Of a stretch of 20,000 bases of DNA, positions 15,446 through 20,000 are shown one piece after another. The notes beneath the pieces were generated by a model. It was not told where the DNA came from. It ran no database searches and saw nothing but the letters and a program-made list of their open reading frames with translations. Within the stretch, counting starts at the first letter, position 1; each line of letters starts with the position of its first letter. The DNA is taken from IMG/VR virus record IMGVR_UViG_3300032322_002078; one strand, written 5' to 3'. The translations under genes and the position numbers were made by a program. Source of the DNA: an uncultured virus (IMG/VR IMGVR_UViG_3300032322_002078) (taxonomy: Duplodnaviria; Heunggongvirae; Uroviricota; Caudoviricetes).

Positions 15446-15576
15446 AACTCCTTGAATACCTAGGCGCTACCGACGACGATGGCGAACCCATTACGGACGA
15501 CAACCTCGATGAGGTCTTGCCCGAGGGCGCCGAGCTCGACCTAGGCGGCACCACAATTTTAGCAGTACGAACTTAA
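15367..15576 (+). CDS. Small acidic hypothetical protein (69 aa)
   Basis: D/E-rich ORF filling the gap to the next gene. Confidence 0.65.
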   Translation: METLYIVKDKSGRGFRPQQHDRSSVLELLEYLGATDDDGEPITDDNLDEVLPEGAELDLGGTTILAVRT

Positions 15577-15588
15577 ATACGAACACAC

Positions 15589-15774
15589 ATGGACTATTTC
15601 CAGCATCCCGACAGAATCCCCGATGACATCCAAGCCGTTTTGTTTACTTGCGAAGACCCTGATGACTACAGTCAGCTAGAGCAAACCCGCATGGCTTGCG
15701 TAGCGCTTGGATGGGACTTCGATTATGACTTGAATTCAAACCCTTTTAATCTAAAACCAATAAAACCCCAATAG
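15589..15774 (+). CDS. Small acidic hypothetical protein (61 aa)
   Basis: Tightly packed ORF with an AC-rich leader. Confidence 0.75.
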   Translation: MDYFQHPDRIPDDIQAVLFTCEDPDDYSQLEQTRMACVALGWDFDYDLNSNPFNLKPIKPQ

Positions 15775-15776
15775 CA

Positions 15777-16712
15777 ATGAAAAAAGTATTTAGCAGCCCC
15801 GATGACGTCACTCACTTGTTTGCGCAACGCAGCCAAGAAGAAGCCCGTACTTCTAGCAATTCTGTATACATGCAGCAGAGCTGGAATTCGAAAAAACCAT
15901 ACGCCGACCTGATTTACTCCTATGGCAGGCATTATTTGCTAGGTGTGTTTCTTGATGCAGCCGACAGCAGAGAGATATTGATTATAAACGACAGCGGCTA
16001 CAGTGTTTCGACATCTAGGCACATAAGCTCTTTGCGTAGCGCGTCCTCACACCTCGAGACCTACGGGCTTACGGAATACGGACTCCGTCATGTGCACAGT
16101 CGAATCAATAACCTTTACGAAAAGCTACTTAACGCAAGGAAGCCCGAAATGTATGTTGCGGCTATAGTGAAGCTAGCCGACAACCTGAACGCATTCAAAG
16201 ACAAGACAGGGCGCTATCTGATAAACGATGGCGACAGGAGCATGAATTTACTCAAGCCATCAGAGCTAACCAAGGAACACAAAGGCATGCTCAAGCACAT
16301 CAAGCAATGGCTGAGCTGTTTGAACCCTGAGCAAATCCGAGCCGCTGGCGAAGCCGCTAGGCAAGCCGCCATCAAAGAAGCCGCTAAGCAAGTCAGGCGT
16401 GAGAAAAAACTACTAGCGAAGTGGCTCAGCGGTGAATCCAACGGCTCGGTCTACGGTTTAAGCGAGGACTACCTCAGGCTCAACGCCAACAAGACCATGG
16501 TGGAGACCACGAAAAACGTATCGGTCAGCATACAGGAAGCCGCCAAGCTCTACAAGCTCATACAGGCAGGAGTCGACATCAGGGGTTATGTTATCAATGG
16601 CTACACCGTGACCAGTATCAACGGCAGTCTTAACATAAATTGCCACAGCATCAATATCAAGAACATGCATAAGGTCGGCAAGACCATACTTAAAATCCTA
16701 GAATCCAAGTAA
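15777..16712 (+). CDS. Hypothetical phage protein (311 aa)
   Basis: Long ORF with YSYGRHY and YSVSTSRH segments and an Ala/Lys-rich helix. Function unknown. Confidence 0.85.
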   Translation: MKKVFSSPDDVTHLFAQRSQEEARTSSNSVYMQQSWNSKKPYADLIYSYGRHYLLGVFLDAADSREILIINDSGYSVSTSRHISSLRSASSHLETYGLTEYGLRHVHSRINNLYEKLLNARKPEMYVAAIVKLADNLNAFKDKTGRYLINDGDRSMNLLKPSELTKEHKGMLKHIKQWLSCLNPEQIRAAGEAARQAAIKEAAKQVRREKKLLAKWLSGESNGSVYGLSEDYLRLNANKTMVETTKNVSVSIQEAAKLYKLIQAGVDIRGYVINGYTVTSINGSLNINCHSINIKNMHKVGKTILKILESK

Positions 16713-16718
16713 AGCGAA

Positions 16719-16764
16719 CCCCTGCTGCGACATTGCTTAATCGGTCTCAGAAGCCGAGCAGGGG
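16719..16764 (+). repeat. Intergenic structured repeat A, copy 1
   Basis: CCCCTGC-TGCGACATTGCTTAA-TCGGT-CTCAGAA-GCCGA-GCAGGGG. Confidence 0.9.
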
Positions 16765-16780
16765 CAAATTAATTCATAAT

Positions 16781-16811
16781 CTAAGACCGAGGGATGCGGC
16801 TCCATACGCAT
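16781..16811 (+). repeat. Intergenic structured repeat B, copy 2
   Basis: CTAAGACCGAGGG-ATGCG-GCTCCATA-CGCAT. Confidence 0.9.
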
Positions 16812-16819
16812 GTAATACC

Positions 16820-17056
16820 ATGACAACAGAATTATACGAATTACAAGAGATTCGGCAATCAGAAGACTACAAAGGTCTAACCTCCTACCTAGCCGTGGCT
16901 ATCGCCGAAGGCTTCTGCGAAGGCGAGGGCGCATCACAACGGCAGCAGCAAGCCGCTTGGCAATGGCTGCACGACACAAGAAAGGCTTACTCCTTACAGG
17001 GTTGGTTCGGGCGCACAGCAACACAATTGATAGAAGAAGGAATTATAAACCCATAA
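16820..17056 (+). CDS. Hypothetical phage protein (78 aa)
   Basis: ATG 16820 is preferred because the TTG extension runs through the structured repeats. Contains AWQWL...SLQGWFGRTA. Confidence 0.8.
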   Translation: MTTELYELQEIRQSEDYKGLTSYLAVAIAEGFCEGEGASQRQQQAAWQWLHDTRKAYSLQGWFGRTATQLIEEGIINP

Positions 17057-17068
17057 GAAACCTACACC

Positions 17069-17575
17069 ATGGCAAATACTTGCAATAACTCAATCTATTT
17101 CTACGGAAAAGACCTCAGCAAAATCAAAGAAATTATTGCTGACGCAATCAGAACCAATGACAAACTCCAGCAGGGCTGGCTTCCGGAATTCGCGAAGCCC
17201 GAGCACTGTCTTGCGCGATACTTTTTTGACGTCTGCATAAACCATGTGACCGAGGGCGAAGAGCTAGCGGTGAGCTGCTGGACTAAATGGGCTCCGCCTT
17301 TAGAAGAGCTAGTGGCAATCTGCAAGGAGGCAAATGTGTCTTGCCTGTGCCTGTACGATGAACTCGGGTTCCTGATTTACGGTCAGTTTCAATACGATGT
17401 CAGCACGGATACGCAGAAAGACATATCTCTGACCGACGAAGACTTCGACAGGGTGCAGGAAGACAAAGAAAGCGACGTCTACATTTTCGATGGAGAGGTA
17501 GTGGAGTCATGCTACACGGCTTACGCAGAAATACTTGACCAGAAGCTAGAAAAAGAAAACCAACTAACAATTTAA
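17069..17575 (+). CDS. DUF1281/YubB ferredoxin-like domain protein
   Basis: MANTCNN start, WTKWAPP and LYDELG motifs, recognised by eye. Confidence 0.7.
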   Translation: MANTCNNSIYFYGKDLSKIKEIIADAIRTNDKLQQGWLPEFAKPEHCLARYFFDVCINHVTEGEELAVSCWTKWAPPLEELVAICKEANVSCLCLYDELGFLIYGQFQYDVSTDTQKDISLTDEDFDRVQEDKESDVYIFDGEVVESCYTAYAEILDQKLEKENQLTI

Positions 17576-17587
17576 AAACAAAATAAG

Positions 17588-17911
17588 ATGACAACAAAAG
17601 AAGCACAAAACACAGTCTTATTCACAAGAGCGCAAAGACTGAATAACGAGTGTACACATGAGCAGTATTACTCACAATTTGTAAACGAATACATTCTAAA
17701 AACTGTAAATTCAAGGCTATCTAAAGACAAGATAAAAGCGGCCTTGCAAAAAGGCAAAAATCTAAATTCAATTCCTTTATCAACTTGGGATTCAATCGCA
17801 CGTAATTTATACGATGTGTCTTCAAAAATGAAATTAGCTGGCGACTATTTAACCCTGTCAGGGGGTGTGTGCATTGCTAAGCAAGCGGCACGAATGTTAG
17901 TTTCTGAATAA
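17588..17911 (+). CDS. Hypothetical protein (107 aa)
   Basis: Co-oriented ORF, more AT-rich than its neighbours. Confidence 0.8.
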   Translation: MTTKEAQNTVLFTRAQRLNNECTHEQYYSQFVNEYILKTVNSRLSKDKIKAALQKGKNLNSIPLSTWDSIARNLYDVSSKMKLAGDYLTLSGGVCIAKQAARMLVSE

Positions 17912-17920
17912 CCCTTCAAC

Positions 17921-17964
17921 CCTCGCTGCGACATTGCTTAGAAGCGCTCAGAACGCTTGCGAGG
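17921..17964 (+). repeat. Intergenic structured repeat A, copy 2
   Basis: CCTCGC-TGCGACATTGCTTAG-AAGCG-CTCAGAA-CGCTT-GCGAGG. Confidence 0.9.
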
Positions 17965-17989
17965 TGCTAAACCTTAAACATTTACTAGT

Positions 17990-18367
17990 ATGAAAACACT
18001 TGCACAACAACTGGCCTCAAGAATCCAGGCTTACAAGAACTGCGTAAAAGCAGGTAACGAACTCTACAGAGACATACACAAAAATAAAATAGAAGAGCTC
18101 TGTCAGCTGCTACCTAATGGCAGCGGTATTGACTCAGGTGTAGAGCTGATAATACGGGACTGCGACTCCGAAAAGCTAGTCTTTAGTTTTGGCTTCCACC
18201 ACATGGACGAGCACGGAGGTTACGATGGATGGACGCAGCACACCTTAATAGTGACGCCATCCTTCTCAGGGATAAACCTAAAGATAACAGGCAAGAATAG
18301 GAACGGGATAAAAGAATACCTGCATGACTTGTTCTATCACGTCTTTACTCAAAAACTAACGGATTAA
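17990..18367 (+). CDS. Hypothetical phage protein (125 aa)
   Basis: ORF containing LPNGSGIDSG and FHHMDEHGGYDGWT. Confidence 0.85.
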   Translation: MKTLAQQLASRIQAYKNCVKAGNELYRDIHKNKIEELCQLLPNGSGIDSGVELIIRDCDSEKLVFSFGFHHMDEHGGYDGWTQHTLIVTPSFSGINLKITGKNRNGIKEYLHDLFYHVFTQKLTD

Positions 18368-18374
18368 TAAAGCC

Positions 18375-18542
18375 ATGAAAGCAGACATAACCCCCGACGA
18401 GGTAAATAAGCTCTACAAGAAGCTGGACAACAAGCATTTCTTTATAGTTGTTTTTGGAACCAAAAGATTCCATCAAGTCTCTGATGAAGTTTTGAAAAAA
18501 ATGCACGATTACCTAGTAAAACGAGTTAAACAAACCAACTGA
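18375..18542 (+). CDS. Small hypothetical protein (55 aa; not in the ORF track)
   Basis: Translated by hand as MKADITPDEVNKLYKKLDNKHFFIVVFG...VKQTN*. It has an AAAGCC-ATG leader and fills the gap exactly. Confidence 0.7.
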   Translation: MKADITPDEVNKLYKKLDNKHFFIVVFGTKRFHQVSDEVLKKMHDYLVKRVKQTN

Positions 18543-18550
18543 CTTATACC

Positions 18551-18925
18551 ATGAAAAAAACTCATTATTACCTATTCGGCTCGCAAGCCGTTAGCATCCT
18601 GATGGACAGTGATGAACCCAATGCTCTTGAGCAAATAGCGGATGCCGAACATGCGTTATTCTCTTATAACGAAGACTTTCAGCATCCCACCGAATTGCTA
18701 CTGGCCTACGATGGATGGGGCGCATTCACTGAGATATCAGAGGAGACCTACCAAGAAATCACAGCGCTGAATGACATCGATGGCAAATCCGACGAACTAG
18801 TTAGCGCCCTGATTAAAGGCGAAACCGTAGTAGTGCGGGATAGATTCCTGCCTGCCGTAACCAAGAAGCTGCGCGAAATCAAAAAGAATTGCACCATAAC
18901 GCTTTCCCAAATCAAAAACCCATGA
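18551..18925 (+). CDS. Hypothetical protein (124 aa)
   Basis: Co-oriented ORF with ATGA overlap to the next gene. Confidence 0.8.
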   Translation: MKKTHYYLFGSQAVSILMDSDEPNALEQIADAEHALFSYNEDFQHPTELLLAYDGWGAFTEISEETYQEITALNDIDGKSDELVSALIKGETVVVRDRFLPAVTKKLREIKKNCTITLSQIKNP

Positions 18926-19245
18926 GCACAACCCCCATCTACAAATTCCCTAGGCGCTGCACGCTCACGCGCACAGGTATGCATGCCGGATTCGTAATTG
19001 AAGAACCCATGTTAAGTAACATCGGAGAAGACGGGCATCTTTACGCCCTAACTCAAGACGGCGCAGAGTCTCTATGTCAGATGCTCTACGGAGAATCCTA
19101 CCTAGAGCTCGCCGAATCCGACTTGGCGTACTACACCGAATGGGATGCAGAAGACCCTGCTGAACAACTCTACATCAGCCCGAATCCCGACGGCAGCAAT
19201 GCTATATCTTCACAGCTCTACAATAAACACTTAACCCTTCAATAA
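18922..19245 (+). CDS. Acidic hypothetical protein (107 aa)
   Basis: Start 18922 is chosen for the ATGA coupling and its AAAAACCC leader. Confidence 0.75.
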   Translation: MSTTPIYKFPRRCTLTRTGMHAGFVIEEPMLSNIGEDGHLYALTQDGAESLCQMLYGESYLELAESDLAYYTEWDAEDPAEQLYISPNPDGSNAISSQLYNKHLTLQ

Positions 19246-19256
19246 AAACAACAGCT

Positions 19257-19865
19257 ATGTACACCATCATCTTTCTTATCCGCGGCATCGTCGCCCAAAC
19301 CAAATTATTTTATCACCTGCACAACGCCGACGCCGAGTTCGACCGACTAGCGGCTTCGCTCATACCGGACTACAGAGAAACCATAGGTTATCTGTCCGAC
19401 ATCGAGGAGCGCATTGACCTCACTCGAATAAGGTTAGACCACGAAGGCAAGGAGATAATATACAGCCGAGAGTGCAGTGAACCTATGGATTCCAAGACCA
19501 CCCACGTTCTCACAGGAGACCTCGCGGCTCATTTTTATTCAGAGGGAGGTATAGCGGCTATACTAGAAGAGCTGCCGCATCAGAAGTTCGGGTTGAGCAG
19601 CTACGATAACGGAAGCCATCCCGAAGACATTATGAATATCACCATTGGTGAGTCCGCGTTCCAAATAATTGAAAAATGGGAATTCGATTTGTTATTCGCA
19701 ATAATGCATCATAGCCATTCGGATTGGCAGACCATAAGCACAATCCTCGAAAAGTCTAGGGAACTAGCACTAGGAATAAGTTTAGACCTCAGCGGAATTC
19801 CCGAAGGCTGCCAGGGTAACTACATCTATTATTTCGAGAACAGAGTTTTCTACCCCCTGATCTAA
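19257..19865 (+). CDS. Acidic hypothetical protein (202 aa)
   Basis: ORF with an ACAGCT-ATG leader. Confidence 0.8.
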   Translation: MYTIIFLIRGIVAQTKLFYHLHNADAEFDRLAASLIPDYRETIGYLSDIEERIDLTRIRLDHEGKEIIYSRECSEPMDSKTTHVLTGDLAAHFYSEGGIAAILEELPHQKFGLSSYDNGSHPEDIMNITIGESAFQIIEKWEFDLLFAIMHHSHSDWQTISTILEKSRELALGISLDLSGIPEGCQGNYIYYFENRVFYPLI

Positions 19866-19884
19866 CCTCAAAAACCCCATCCAA

Positions 19885-20000
19885 ATGAAGATATCTAAAA
19901 TCATCCCCGTAAAGCTGCGCAACATCAAGCAACCCACTAGCTGGGCGGAGTACATCGTGTTCAATCAAGTGCCGGAAAGCGACTCATTGAACTCTTCGAA
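19885..20000 (+). CDS. Hypothetical protein, truncated by the window end
   Basis: ATG 19885 (MKISKIIPVKLRNIKQ...), open to the window edge. Confidence 0.6.
   Translation, partial: MKISKIIPVKLRNIKQPTSWAEYIVFNQVPESDSLNSS

Noticed and set aside
16741..16790. 9/10 complementarity between repeat A copy 1 (TCGGTCTCAG) and repeat B (CTAAGACCGA)
   Set aside because: It is not preserved in repeat A copy 2, so it may be chance. Not promoted without more copies.

Overview
This window is a 20-kb piece of a tailed dsDNA phage genome that probably infects a Bacteroidota host: it has TAnnTTTG/TTTG promoters and A-rich leaders with no Shine-Dalgarno sequence. It has two divergent arms. The left arm (minus strand, ~10.1 kb to 1) encodes a replication initiator with an internal iteron/AT-rich origin, a Prim-Pol/SF4 helicase fusion, several hypothetical proteins and a terminase large subunit. 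The right arm (plus strand) encodes a putative regulator, then a host-type promoter and boxA-like site followed by ~700 nt of densely structured non-coding sequence. That region ends in a tRNA-like, CCA-terminated element and is followed by a MoxR/CobS-like AAA+ ATPase, a VWA-like partner and many small early-type genes. The main signals are: (1) a candidate large structured ncRNA at ~11500-12183; (2) two families of intergenic repeats with compensatory base changes; (3) a multi-kb zone lacking GATC, CCGG and GGCC that starts at ~10.5 kb, suggesting first-injected DNA next to a genome end; (4) a kissing-loop leader on the replication operon. All family assignments come from motif recognition by eye, with no database search.
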